Shown here in pieces: positions 22,493 through 33,547 of a DNA stretch of 64,000 nt. The translations under genes were made by a program, and so were the position numbers. The DNA lies in NCBI GenBank assembly GCA_965198005.1, contig CBDAOI010000003.1, positions 128,001 to 192,000 of the forward strand, read 5' to 3'. Origin of the DNA: Spirochaetia bacterium (GTDB taxonomy: Bacteria > Spirochaetota > Spirochaetia > SZUA-6 > Bin103). The first letter of the stretch is position 1. Every line of letters begins with the position of its first letter. The notes beneath the pieces are model-generated. The model saw only the letters and a list, made by a program, of their open reading frames with translations. It did not search any database and was not told the origin of the DNA.

Positions 22493-23117
22493 ATGGCCGA
22501 AGGCAACGAACACCGCGACCCCGCAGGAGATCTGGGAGATTCTCCGCGAGGTCTCCGCAGTGCAGCAGGAGACCGCGCGCCGCATGAAGGAGACCGATCA
22601 ACTGCTCAAGCAGCAGGCACGGGCCGCCAAGCAGCGCATGGACAAGCTGGAGGAGATGTTCAACGGGCAGTGGGGCAAGCTGATGGAGTCCCTGGTGGAA
22701 GGCGACCTCGTAGGGCTGCTCCAGCAACGGGGCATCGTGGTGCAGCACACGGTAACCAACCCGCGGCAGAACTACGGTGAGCGGCGCTGGGAGTTCGACA
22801 TCGTGGCTGTCAACGGCGAAGAGGTCGTGGTGGTGGAAGTCAAGACCACTCTCAGGGTGCCCGACATCGATCGGTTCATCGCGCGGTTGAACGAGTTTCC
22901 GGACCTGATGCCGGAGTACGCTTCGCGCCGGATCTACGGGGCGGTTGCTTATCTGAAGGCGTACCAGGAGTCGGAGGTGCGAGCCGAGCGGCTGGGTCTG
23001 TTCGTGATTCGCGCGACCGGCAGCAGCGCCAGCATTACCAACCGGGAGGGGTTCACGCCGCGCACGTTCGGCCACCGGAACCCGGCACCCAGCCGCCAAG
23101 CGGAGCGCTCCGGCTGA
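22493..23117 (+). CDS. Coiled-coil PD-(D/E)XK-like protein (DUF3782-type), frameshift near 22505
   Basis: ATPQEIWEILRE, QWGKLMESLVE, EFDIVAVNGEEVVVVEVKTTL. Confidence 0.7.
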
Positions 23118-23163
23118 CGTCAGCCCCGGCGGGTCGGCCGTGGAGTGCGGAGGAAAAGTGCGC

Positions 23164-23305
23164 CTGCCGCGGCTGCCCCGAAAAAATCTCAAAAAAATCC
23201 AATTTGCCGGTTGACTTGTTGGCGTAGGTGTGTTAGGGTAGTGTCTCGGGGTTGAACGGATGAAACAGATGGCTGATAACATCACTCAGCACTGCCACCG
23301 GTCAG
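23164..23305 (+). repeat. Conserved promoter plus non-coding element, copy B
   Basis: Aligns with 14657-14809; TTGACT(23211)-17bp-TAGGGT(23234). Confidence 0.8.
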
Positions 23306-23488
23306 CGCCCCCAAACCGACGCCCGAGGCGTCGGCCCGAAGGGCCGCGAAGCGGGGGGCCCATCCCACCGATACGCTCGGACCTCGTCGGCAATGCCGAC
23401 AAGCTCCTAGCGCCACCGCTGCGTCCCCCTGTACCCTTTATAGAGATTAGATAGTTCGCCAGGGACTGCTAGAATCCCAGGCGGGCAA

Positions 23489-23661
23489 GGCAGCCTACCG
23501 GGAGCAACCTTGAGCCCCCCGCGCCGTAGAGCGCCCGGGGGGGACATGTGCCCCGGTAGGAGTGCCGCGATGGATACCCAGTGAGGAGCTTCCCACCGGG
23601 CGGGGCCCGGCGTGGTCATGTAAGAAACTGTTGTTTCTTAGGAGTAGTGCCAGGTGGGAAG
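23489..23661 (+). ncRNA. Putative IS110 bridge RNA (two internal-loop hairpins)
   Basis: CCTACCGGG/CCCGGTAGG and CTTCCCACC/GGTGGGAAG stems with internal loops in the non-coding left end, after TAGAAT at 23470. Confidence 0.65.
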
Positions 23662-23750
23662 GTGCCAGGAGCACCGGAGCACCAGAGCACCAGTACAGGG
23701 GTGGAACGACATCGTGGCAGCCGAGCTCCACAATCTCGGGAGGTGACAGG

Positions 23751-24852
23751 ATGTCAACCGAACAGACCGAACAGTGGTTCGTGGGTATCGATTGGGCGAC
23801 CCAGCAACATCAGATTTGTGTGCTTGAGGATGACGGCGCGGTGGTCGCGGAACGGCAGGTGGCCCATAGCGGCGCCGGCATCGCCGACTTGTGCGCATGG
23901 TTGCACGAGCTATCCGGCGGGCACCCGGAGCGCGTGCACGCGGGGATCGAGGTGCCGCATGGCGCGGTGGTCGAGATGCTGCTGGAGCGGGAGGTGCAGG
24001 TGTACGCGATCAATCCGAAGCAGATGGATCGATTTCGTGACCGGTTTACGGTGGCCGGCGCCAAGGATGACCGGCGCGACGCGCGGGTGTTGGCAGACTC
24101 GCTGCGCACCGACCGACGCAGCTTTCGTCAGTTGCAGGTGCAGGCACCGCCGGTGATCGAGTTGCGGGAATGGTCGCGCCTGACTGCCGAGTTGCAGGAG
24201 GAACGCAACGGGCTGATCAATCGCATGCGCGAGCAACTGCGCCGCTACTACCCGCAGCTGATCGAGCTGGGCGGTGACCTCGGCGCGGGCTGGGTTCCGG
24301 AGTTGTGGGAGAAGGCTTCGACGCCGGCGGAGGCAGCGCGGGTCCGGAAGGCGTCGGTCGCGGCCATCCTGAAGCGCAACCGCATCCGGCGCCACGCTGC
24401 TGCCGGTGTGCTGCGCATCCTGCGGCAGCAGCCTCGACGAACTGCTGGCCGAGATTGTGGCCGACGACGACTCGGGTGAACCAGAAGAGCAGCGTGACGC
24501 CGTCATCCTGCGTTCGATGCCCGGTGTTGGTCGGATCGTGCTCGCCACGCTGTTCGCGGAGGCCTCACAGCCTGTGGCTGAGCGAGACTACCGCCGGTTG
24601 CGGATTCTGACCGGGGTGGCGCCGGTGACCAAGCGGTCGGGGAAGAGTTGCCAGGTGAGCATGCGCCGGGCCTGCAACCAGCGGCTGAGCAACGCGATGT
24701 ATCACTGGGCGCGGGTGGCGATCCAGCACGATCCGGTGAGTCGGGAGCGGTATGCGGCGCTGCGCGCGCGCGGGCAGCGCCATGGCCGGGCGCTGCGTAC
24801 GGTCGCGGACCGGTTGCTCGCGGTGGCGTGCGCGATGCTGCGTGACCGCACG
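23751..24852 (+). pseudogene. IS110-family recombinase, internal deletion/frameshift near 24433, right end lost
   Basis: FVGIDWA, GIEVPHG, KDDRRDA (DEDD); SMPGVG, GVAPVTKRSG. Confidence 0.9.
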
Positions 24853-25122
24853 GAACGACAACGGCGCTATCGAGAGCGCCGCAAGGCAGCGCAGCCCCGG
24901 GTGCAGTACCGCAGGCCGCAAGACCGCAAGTCCCGACCGCAGCGCTGGCAGGATGCGGTAGGCACCCTGCTTGACCTCCAGGGTGAGTATCAAGCGTGGC
25001 TCGACCACTTGCCCGACAGTCTCCAGGAGTCCGCGCTCGCACAGCGGCTGGAGGCGATGTGCGGGCTTGATCTTGCCGAACTGGAGAGCGTCGAGCCGCC
25101 GCGCGGGTATGGGCGCGACTGA
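24850..25122 (+). pseudogene. Small IS-associated hypothetical protein, N-terminus lost
   Basis: ERQRRYR...RWQDAV..L..LQ.EY..WLD.LPDSL...EPPRGYGRD*. Confidence 0.55.
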
Positions 25123-25304
25123 GGGGGGCTCTGCAGCCCGCACCTCACGTCGTTCCTGACCTGCAAGCGCTGATCAGTGCCGGTCTCGGATTGATGTTCG
25201 AGGTGGCACACGGGAGCCGGGGTGGCGGACCGCGCGGTGTCAGCGGTGGTAGGAAACGGCTTTGACGGGCATTTTGCGGGATTCCGGGGGGTGCCCTGGG
25301 GTAT

Positions 25305-27221
25305 GAGCGCCAGGCTAACTGGCATATGACAGAGGGTGAAAGTCCCTCGGAACGAAGGAGCAGCCAATCCACGTTTCTCCGCGAGCCGTGCGTTGGCACC
25401 TGCGAGGGTGCAGGCGAAGCGTCGGCAGCGGTGCGTGCGGGCAGAGTTATGGAGCGCCGCAAAATACGACATCCGGAGTGCCGAGATTCTGTACTCGGTC
25501 GAAGGCAACACCGGTCGAGCCAGTATGGTGAGGACCGACCGGGCTCCACGGCGTCGAAGAACTCAGGCACGTACGTACGTCATATACCGGGACCTGGGAG
25601 GTCTTCGGGTCGTCCCGGCGGGTCGTCGCCGGGACCGCGGAGGGAAGGCGTGAGGCTGGACCGAAGATGAACGACCCGAAGAAGTCGGACATGGGCATAG
25701 TAGCGGCGAAGCCGGCGAACAAGGGAGCGCAAGCGACTGCGGAGACGGTGGAGCGAAGGCCCATGACCAACGGGAATTCGCAAGGTCAAAGCACGGGCCG
25801 GACGCAGAGTCGGGCAACCGTGACACAGGCGGCCGAGCGGATACGGCAATTCGTAAAGAGAGAACCGCAGGAGAAACTCACTGCGCTGCTGCACCACGTG
25901 ACGCCGGAAGCGCTGCAGGTGGCCTATTTACGCGCTGAAGCGCGAAGTGGCCCCGGGGGTGGACGGGATGACGTGGCGGGAGTACGAGACGGGGTTGGAA
26001 GTGCGCTTGCACGACCTGCACCGGAGAGTACACACAGGAGCGTACCGAGCGACCCCGGTACGGCGGGTCAACATCGACAAGCCGGACGGAGGCACACGAC
26101 CGCTGGGGGTGGCCGCGCTGGAGGACAAGATCGTCCGGAAGGCCGTGGTGGATGTGATCCTGACACCGATCTATGAGGAGGAATTTCTCGGGATCAGCTA
26201 TGGGTTTCGACCGGGGCGAGGGGCACACGATGCGTTGGACGCACTGGCCTACGCCATCGAACGGCGCAAAGTGAACTGGATATTGGACGCGGACATTCGC
26301 GGCTACTTCGATTCGATCTCGCGGGACTGGTTGATCAGATTCCTGGAGCATCGGATTGGAGATCGGCGGGTGCTGCGGCTGATAAAGAAGTGGCTGCGCG
26401 CTGGGGTACTGGAAGAAGGCCGACAGATCGACGCGGGGCGGGGTACAGCGCAAGGGTCGGTGATTTCACCGATGCTCGCGAATATATACTTGCACTACGT
26501 GTTGGACCTGTGGGTCACCAAGAAGTGGCGGCCGCAGGAGGCGCGCGGAGACATGATCATAGTGCGCTACGCAGATGACTATGTCGCCGGGTTCGAGCAT
26601 CGTGACGATGCGGAACGCTTCCTGCGGGAACTGAAGGAGCGATTCAGAGGCTTCGAGCTGGAACTGAACGCCGACAAGACCCGACTCCTCGAGTTTGGAC
26701 GGTATGCCGAAAGGAACCGCCGAGCACGTGGGGAAGGGCGACCGGAGACGTTCGACTTTCTGGGTTTCACGCATTATTGCAGGAAGGACAGGAAAGGACG
26801 CTTCGGGCTGGGGCGGAAGCCAATTCGGAAGCGGATGAATCGTACGCTGAAGAGGATCAAGATCGAGCTCCGCAGACGCATGCATGATGACGTGATGGAA
26901 ACCGGGCGCTGGCTGGGACGGGTACTGCGCGGATGGCTCAACTACTACGCGGTACCCACCAGCTACCGCTACCTGCATCGATTCGTGTGGCGTCTGCGAG
27001 GAATCTGGACAAAGATTCTACGCCGGAGGTCCCAGAAGGACCGATTCTCCTGGGCTTGGATGCTGGCAATCAGCATCGAGCTGTGGCCCCAACCCCGAAT
27101 CGTACACCCATGGCCGGACCGGCGATTTGCCGTCAACCACCGAAGGTAGGAGCCGGATGGTTTAACGACCACGTCCGGATCTGTGCGGGGGGCGTCGGGT
27201 AACCGGCGTTCCTACCGCGAC
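25305..27221 (+). mobile_element. Group II intron
   Basis: Domain I motifs (GAGGGTGAAAGTCCC), RT ORF, DV GAGCCGGATG...ACGTCCGGATC, DVI ending CCTACCGCGAC. Confidence 0.92.
25667..27149 (+). CDS. ltrA: Group II intron RT/maturase without endonuclease domain; 1-nt frameshift near 25927
   Basis: APGVDG, SYGFRPGR, DADIRGYFD, QGSVISP, RYADD, FDFLGFTH, LRGWLNYY. Confidence 0.92.
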
Positions 27222-27690
27222 CGCTGAACGGCAACCCCCCGCAGTCCCCAGATCAACTTCGTGCACTACCGCATCGTACGGGCCGGCACGACCACCTATC
27301 AAAACGCCTGGGTGACCGACTTGGTGCCCACCGCGGACAGCGTAGCGCGGATCGTGCGTGCGGGACGGGCACGCTGGAAGATCGAGAACGAGGGGTTCAA
27401 TACGCTGAAGCGCTGAAGCGCTGAAGAACCAGGGCTATCACCTGGAGCACAACTTCGGCCACGGTGACAAGTACCTGTCGGAGGCGTTCTTCGTGCTCAA
27501 CCTGCTGGCCTATTTCATGCACCAGATATTCGAGCTGGTGGACGGTCTGAATCAGCAGGTGCGGGCTGGGTTCGGGTCGCGCCGGGAGTTCTGGGGCGCG
27601 GTGCGTGCCACGTTCCGGCTATTCCTGATCCGGTCGTGGGACCAGGTGCTGGTGCGGATGAACTCGCCGCCGCAGCCGCTGTCCGGGTAG
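27222..27690 (+). pseudogene. C-terminal part of an ISNCY/IS4-like DDE transposase
   Basis: AWVTD, GRARWKIENEGFNTLK, QGYHLEHNFGHG; triplicated CGCTGAAG breaks the frame. Confidence 0.8.
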
Positions 27691-28328
27691 CCGCTCCCTG
27701 GGGAACTGAACCTGCTCCCTGAACGATCCCTGACTGGGGCTGCGGCGCAGGTGTGCCGGCGGCGCGCGGGCAACCGGCCCCGAAGGGCCGATCGCCGCAC
27801 CGCGCCAGCCCGCGGCATCGGCCGAGCGGCGGTGGCTGACGGTGGTCAGGTCATCGCACGGGGCTGCATGACGGTGGCTAAATACGTCACCTGCAATCAG
27901 TTACAGAAGTTCTGCCGGGTCGGACCGTGCGTGCATTCACTCGGTGGGCCAACAGGTGGGCATGGTCGCGTTTCACACACTCGGAGGGCTTGAGCTTATG
28001 ACAGGGCTTGCGATCTCGCCCTCAAGACTTTTCTGTAACCTTTCGGCCCCCAATGTTGCTATACTGTTTATGGTGCTTTGCCGTTTACCGAGACGTGAGC
28101 GGGGGCTCTGCCGGTTTGCCGGCGCACAGGAGGTGAAGATGATACTGAAAGAACCGTAGGCGCGCGCGGCGTGAGCGGGGGTGAACCCGCCGAGTCACAC
28201 GCCGCGCGCTTCACCAATCGGCTCGGACTGGCCGTCCGCGTTGCGGGCGTCGGAGTAGCCAGGGAGCGGCACGTCGCTCCGCAATACTCTCAAAATCCAA
28301 AATCCAAGCAAGGATAAGGATACTGACG

Positions 28329-30098
28329 ATGATCAAAACCATTTTTGGAATGACCTTCGCGATTGCGTTGGTCCTGGTGCTGACCGCAACCGGCCTCTGG
28401 GCCGCTGGCGCAGAAGAGGAGCCGGCAGCCGCGGCTGACAAGACGTATGTCACCGACCCCACCACCGGGAACGTGGTGGTGGCGCCGGAGTATGGCGGGA
28501 CCCTGACCTTCACCAAGCGTGGCTGGCCAGCGAATACGGACACCTTGGCCGGTGGGAGGTGGGCGTCCCAGTTGGTCTTTGCCGTGCTGGATAAGCCGGC
28601 TATCGCGGACTGGGCAATCGACAGGGACACATATGCGTTGCATATGCCCTGGCCACCTATAGAGTTCCTGAGGGGCTCACTGGTGGAGCGTTGGGAGCAG
28701 ACCGACGACCTCACCATTATCTTCCACATCCGCGAGGGCGTGCACTGGCATGACAAGGCGCCGATGAACGGTCGAGAATTAACTGCGGATGATATCGTAT
28801 TCAACTATCACCGTATGCTGGGTCTGGGCAGCGGCTTCACCGAACCAAGCCCCCAGCTGACGGCTCAACTTGCTCCGATCAAAGTCGAATCGGTAGCAGC
28901 TACAGACAGATACACGGTTGTCTTCAAGCTAAGCGAGCCAAACATTGGGGCTCTGCTGGGCCTCGTCGACGACGAAACCGCCTATATGTATCCCCCCGAG
29001 GTAATCAAGGAACACGGCAACGCTAATGATTGGCAGGTCTTGGTCGGAACCGGGCCCTATGAGCTGGTTGACGTGGTCGAAGAAAGCTCGGCGACATGGA
29101 CCAAGAATCCCGACTACTGGGGATACGACGAAAAGTACCCGGAGAACCGCTTACCCTATGTTGACGAATTACGGGCCCTGATGATGCCGGAAGTGGCGAC
29201 GATGATCTCGGCAATACGCACACGCAAGGTTGATATTTCAGCGCGGATGAGTGGAATTGTCAACCAGACACATAGCCTCCAGCAGACCAACCCCGAGATT
29301 CAGGCGTTCACGGTCTACTTCAGGTCGCAGGAGTCGTTTGGTGTGAACGTTCAAAAGAAACCTTTTGACGATATCAGGGTGCGCAAGGCATTGCAGATGG
29401 CACTGGACCTCGAAACAGCCAACTCCGCTTACTTCAAGGGTCTGGCAGAAATGACACCTGTTGGGAGAAGCCGGTTCCCGGGGCAATTCGTTCCGTTCGA
29501 AGAGTGGCCCGAAGAGGTCAAGAACGTCTTTACCTATGATCCGGAAGGGGCAGAGGCGCTGCTGGATGAAGCCGGATATCCTCGTGGCTCGGATGGCATT
29601 CGATTCAAGACCACGTTGAAATGGATAGAATCGTTTGATGTGGGCTATGCGGAATTGGCCATTGGATTCTGGCGCGAAATTGGTGTTGACGTAGAGCTTG
29701 AGCTCATTCCCGGTGTCGAATTCACTCCTGTCACGGGTGATAGGGATTACGAAATGGTCACCAGCATAACGGCAAACCTCAGCCCGGGATACATCCACTA
29801 TTCCGACCGGTTCAATTGGAACACAGCCAACCCACAAGACCCGTGGTATGAAGCGAAGGTCGAAGCCGCCGACGCGGCTAGCTCGCGCGAGGAGCTGCAC
29901 GCACTGGCTCGCGAGATGGACCTGTATGCGAATTCAAGGTTCTGGACCATATGGGGGGGTATGGCCCCGCAGCTTGTCCTGGCGCAGCCGTGGGTGACCG
30001 GATATAACAGTGAACTGAACCTGGGAAGCGGTCAGTATTGGCTGCAGTACGCCCGCATGTGGATTGACTCAGCGCTGAAGAAAGAAATGGGTTACTAG
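28329..30098 (+). CDS. Peptide/nickel ABC solute-binding protein (family 5), paralog of 15561
   Basis: Same signal peptide and conserved motifs as 15561..17360. Confidence 0.93.
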   Translation: MIKTIFGMTFAIALVLVLTATGLWAAGAEEEPAAAADKTYVTDPTTGNVVVAPEYGGTLTFTKRGWPANTDTLAGGRWASQLVFAVLDKPAIADWAIDRDTYALHMPWPPIEFLRGSLVERWEQTDDLTIIFHIREGVHWHDKAPMNGRELTADDIVFNYHRMLGLGSGFTEPSPQLTAQLAPIKVESVAATDRYTVVFKLSEPNIGALLGLVDDETAYMYPPEVIKEHGNANDWQVLVGTGPYELVDVVEESSATWTKNPDYWGYDEKYPENRLPYVDELRALMMPEVATMISAIRTRKVDISARMSGIVNQTHSLQQTNPEIQAFTVYFRSQESFGVNVQKKPFDDIRVRKALQMALDLETANSAYFKGLAEMTPVGRSRFPGQFVPFEEWPEEVKNVFTYDPEGAEALLDEAGYPRGSDGIRFKTTLKWIESFDVGYAELAIGFWREIGVDVELELIPGVEFTPVTGDRDYEMVTSITANLSPGYIHYSDRFNWNTANPQDPWYEAKVEAADAASSREELHALAREMDLYANSRFWTIWGGMAPQLVLAQPWVTGYNSELNLGSGQYWLQYARMWIDSALKKEMGY

Positions 30099-30115
30099 GC
30101 GATAGTTCAATACTG

Positions 30116-30170
30116 GCAGCCCGTTCCCGGCTGCTCCAAGGACGTCCTTGGGCGGTTGGGACGGGCTGTC
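30116..30170 (+). other. Intercistronic stem-loop
   Basis: GCAGCCCGT...CCAAGGA/TCCTTGG...ACGGGCTGT inverted repeat. Confidence 0.6.
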
Positions 30171-30208
30171 TTGTTGGACGAAGTGGCTAAAGAAGAGAGG
30201 CGTGTGAC

Positions 30209-31171
30209 ATGAGAGCCTACATCATCAGGCGGTTATTGCTGATGATCCTCTCACTGTTTCTCTTGACCATCCTGGTATTTCTCTCGGTGCGCTTGCTCCC
30301 CGGAGATGTCATAGACGCAATACTGAGTCGGATGATGGAAATATCAACGGTGGGGACGATTGACCGGGAAGGACTCGAGCGTCAGCTGGGATTGGACGTG
30401 CCTGGCTACGTACAGTATGCGCGCTGGTTGGGCGGGATTCTCCTACGCGGCAGCCTTGGCGAATCACTGATGGGTCGAGGGGCGGTGGAAGAGCAGATAA
30501 TCAGTAGACTACCGGTCACCCTTGAGCTTGGCCTCCTGGCAATCGTGATCGGGCTGGTGATTGCCCTGCCGGTAGGCATCTATTCGGCCATTCGCCAGGA
30601 CACCGCCGCCGACTACGCGGGGCGCTCCATCGCCATCATCGGCCTGGCAACGCCTAACTTCTGGCTGGGCATTATGGTCATGGTCTACCCGGCAATCTGG
30701 TGGGGCTGGTCGCCATCGATGGAGCTGATTCCTTTCTCTGAAGACCCGGTGGGGAATCTGGGTATGTTCCTCATTCCTAGCCTGATTCTGGGGACAGCCT
30801 CGGCAGCCGCCATCATGCGGCTTACCCGCACCATGATGCTGGAGGTGCTGCGGCAGGACTACATTCGCACCGCTTGGTCCAAGGGGCTCCGGGAGCGGGT
30901 CGTGATTATCCGGCATACCATCAAGAATGCTCTGATCCCAGTGGTTACTCTGATTGGCCTGCAGGTGCCGATCCTGGTTGGCGGCTCCGTCATCATGGAA
31001 AACATCTTCAACCTGCCGGGAGTAGGTCGTCTCGCCCTGATCGCCCTCAATGACAGAGACTTCACGATGGTCGCCGGAGTAAACTTGTTCTTCGCAGCCT
31101 CGGTTATGGGGGCCAATCTTATCACCGACCTGTTCTATGCCTTCCTGGATCCCAGAGTTCGTTACAAATAG
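30209..31171 (+). CDS. Peptide ABC permease (DppB-like)
   Basis: MRAYIIRR, RQDYIRTAWSKGL, LDPRVRY. Confidence 0.95.
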   Translation: MRAYIIRRLLLMILSLFLLTILVFLSVRLLPGDVIDAILSRMMEISTVGTIDREGLERQLGLDVPGYVQYARWLGGILLRGSLGESLMGRGAVEEQIISRLPVTLELGLLAIVIGLVIALPVGIYSAIRQDTAADYAGRSIAIIGLATPNFWLGIMVMVYPAIWWGWSPSMELIPFSEDPVGNLGMFLIPSLILGTASAAAIMRLTRTMMLEVLRQDYIRTAWSKGLRERVVIIRHTIKNALIPVVTLIGLQVPILVGGSVIMENIFNLPGVGRLALIALNDRDFTMVAGVNLFFAASVMGANLITDLFYAFLDPRVRYK

Positions 31172-31187
31172 GGGAGAATCATCAAGT

Positions 31188-32126
31188 ATGAGTGAGCACA
31201 GGAGACGTGCCGGGCTCGCTGATTTCCTTCTCAGGCTGGTCAAGGAGAAGCCACTGGGCACTATCGGCGGGATTATCGTATTGGTATTGATTCTCGTGGC
31301 TATCTTCGCGGATGCTCTGGCTCCCTATGAACATTATCAAATGCACCTGATAGACCGGATGCAGGGCTCATCAGCCCGGTATCTGCTCGGTACCGATCAC
31401 CTGGGGCGAGACTTCCTGAGCCGAATCATCTATGGGGCCCGTATTTCACTGACGGTCGGTCTGGCCGCGACCGCTCTCAATGTCGTAGTCGCTGTACTGA
31501 TAGGCGGCGTTTCAGGATTCTTTGGTGGTAAAGTAGACCTCGTGGTGCAGAGGTTTGTCGATACCTGGATGTCGTTCCCCAGTCTGCTCCTGTTGTTGAC
31601 CGTAATGTCCGTATTGGGGAAGGGTTTAGTCCAGATAATAGTCGTACTTGGGGTATCAGGAGGCATCGGCAGCTCGAGAATAGTCAGAGGCGCCGTTATC
31701 GCAGTAAAAGAGAATACCTATTTTCAGGCGGCGGAGTCGATTGGCTCTTCCAAGTGGCGAGCCTATATCCGACACGTGCTGCCCAATATCGTGGCTCCCG
31801 TAATCATCATATTCAGCATCAACATAGGGGGCGTGATCATGTCTGAGGCTGCTCTGAGTTTTCTTGGATTTGGATTGCCACCGGGTATACCGAGCTGGGG
31901 AGGCATGCTCAGCCGGGAAGGGCGTCAATACATGGAGGAAGGGCCATGGCTGGCTCTCTGGCCAGGGCTCTGCCTGACGATTCTCGTCTACAGTCTGAAC
32001 ATGTTCGGCGATGCGGTGAGGGACCTGCTCGACCCGCGGCTGCGGGGTGGTGGGGGGCGCTACGAAGCGGTCACACGGAAAGAAGCCAAAAACGACTCAC
32101 AAAAAACAAGGACGGAACACTCATGA
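31188..32126 (+). CDS. Peptide ABC permease (DppC-like)
   Basis: LGTDHLGRD, HVLPNIVAP, GDAVRDLLDPR. Confidence 0.95.
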   Translation: MSEHRRRAGLADFLLRLVKEKPLGTIGGIIVLVLILVAIFADALAPYEHYQMHLIDRMQGSSARYLLGTDHLGRDFLSRIIYGARISLTVGLAATALNVVVAVLIGGVSGFFGGKVDLVVQRFVDTWMSFPSLLLLLTVMSVLGKGLVQIIVVLGVSGGIGSSRIVRGAVIAVKENTYFQAAESIGSSKWRAYIRHVLPNIVAPVIIIFSINIGGVIMSEAALSFLGFGLPPGIPSWGGMLSREGRQYMEEGPWLALWPGLCLTILVYSLNMFGDAVRDLLDPRLRGGGGRYEAVTRKEAKNDSQKTRTEHS

Positions 32127-32740
32127 TTGATTTTAAAGCAATCGCGTCCTCGCTCGATGAACGGGGCTTCTGCGTAGTCCCGGAATTTCTGAGCCGGGAA
32201 GAGATCGACTTCCTCGTGGAAGAATTCGATGCCAGCCCAGACTATACCGCCCCACCGAAAACCAAGCATGCGGCGCGGCACCTTGGTCACAAGCCGGTTG
32301 CCGGTCAAACGGGAGCCCTGCGTGCTAACGCAATGGGACGACGAGAGACCTTCCAAAGAATAGGTCCGCGGATGGAAGAATTTTCCCAGGGAGTCACCGG
32401 AGCCAAGGCCGCGCTCTATCAGATTCTCTATCTCCAGACGCCGGTAGCCAATAATCCCTGGCATCAAGATCACGATCACTTCTTCCTGACCGAGTACAAT
32501 CGGACTCATCTCAAATCGAGGATGTCAAGGAGACTCCGGAGGTGGGGGTCGGCGACCTGCTGCTGCTGAGCCTCAACACCATACACGCGACGCAGACGAC
32601 CGATGATCGGCGCCTTGCGGTTTCGCTGCGCACGTGCGATCCGGCGACGCCAATCGACTGGCATCGGGTGGCCGGCAGTCCCACGCCTCGAATGATGAGA
32701 CAGCTCGCAAAACAGACCAAGTTGAATTCCCGGTTTTTCA
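32123..32740 (+). pseudogene. Phytanoyl-CoA dioxygenase (PhyH) family, internally deleted
   Basis: LDERGFCVVPEFLS, PWHQD, then GDLLLL...IHAT...RRLAV in another frame. Confidence 0.75.
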
Positions 32741-33226
32741 ACACGTCCAGGAACACGACTTCGGTATCACTCTTGCGGACGTCCTGCCGACCCTCACTGG
32801 CGAGCGCGAGTAGCTCGCCTAGCAGAGATATGGCGGACACCATGGCGGCGGCCTCGTCCCCAAACAGAGGGTGGAGCCTGCTTATGGTAAGTACGTCAAC
32901 CGCAAACTGCGCCCGTACATGAACTTAACCACCGCAACTCCACATAACACGGTACTCACCATTACGGGTGGAGGTCACCGTGAATCCCGCGTGACATCGG
33001 GTGTGGAGCCAAGGTAGCGCAGGCCACTCTCAGCGGAAGAGATCAGCCGCCTACGCACGTTCTCGACAGCAGTCGGTCGGGTCGCGTCGTGGCACCGATG
33101 AAGCAGGTTGAAGCGGCTACCGCGGACGCCGCGACGGCGCCAACCGAAAGAGAAAACCTTCGTTGACGCAAGACGCTACCAGCCCCGTCAGCTGCGATTA
33201 TTCGGCAGCATTCGCCGGAGGTCGCT

Positions 33227-33547
33227 CTACGCCGCGTGAACTGAGACACGGAGCTTCAGTCCTGCCTCACGCACTTGATCTTGGAGAGCCAGGCGTACGA
33301 ACTGGGCTTGGTTGTGACCTAGAGCAGCTGCGAGTTGCGCGGCGCGCTCCAGACTCAGTGAGCGCCTTCCATGCTCGATATCGGAGAGGTGGGTACGGGA
33401 AACACCCAGACGCTGCGCGAACTGGGCGAGGCTTTCGCCTTCACTTTCGCGGATTGCCCCCAAGGCGCCCCCGAGGCTCAAGGGGCCTCCAATCAAGTTC
33501 TCGATGTATGCGGTGTCCGATTCGGAGCGGCCGCGTTTAGTAGTCAT
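33227..33547 (-). CDS. XRE-family HTH antitoxin (HigA-like)
   Basis: SLAQFAQRLGVSRTHLSDIEHGRR. Confidence 0.85.
   Translation of the reverse strand: MTTKRGRSESDTAYIENLIGGPLSLGGALGAIRESEGESLAQFAQRLGVSRTHLSDIEHGRRSLSLERAAQLAAALGHNQAQFVRLALQDQVREAGLKLRVSVHAA

Noticed and set aside
25667-27149. RT as diversity-generating retroelement or retron acting on the SBPs
   Set aside because: RT has YADD, a maturase domain and flanking intron DI/DV/DVI; no template/variable repeat pair with adenine-specific differences
32740-32960. Possible PIN-domain remnant on the minus strand
   Set aside because: Only a weak VSAISL.EL resemblance; insufficient support
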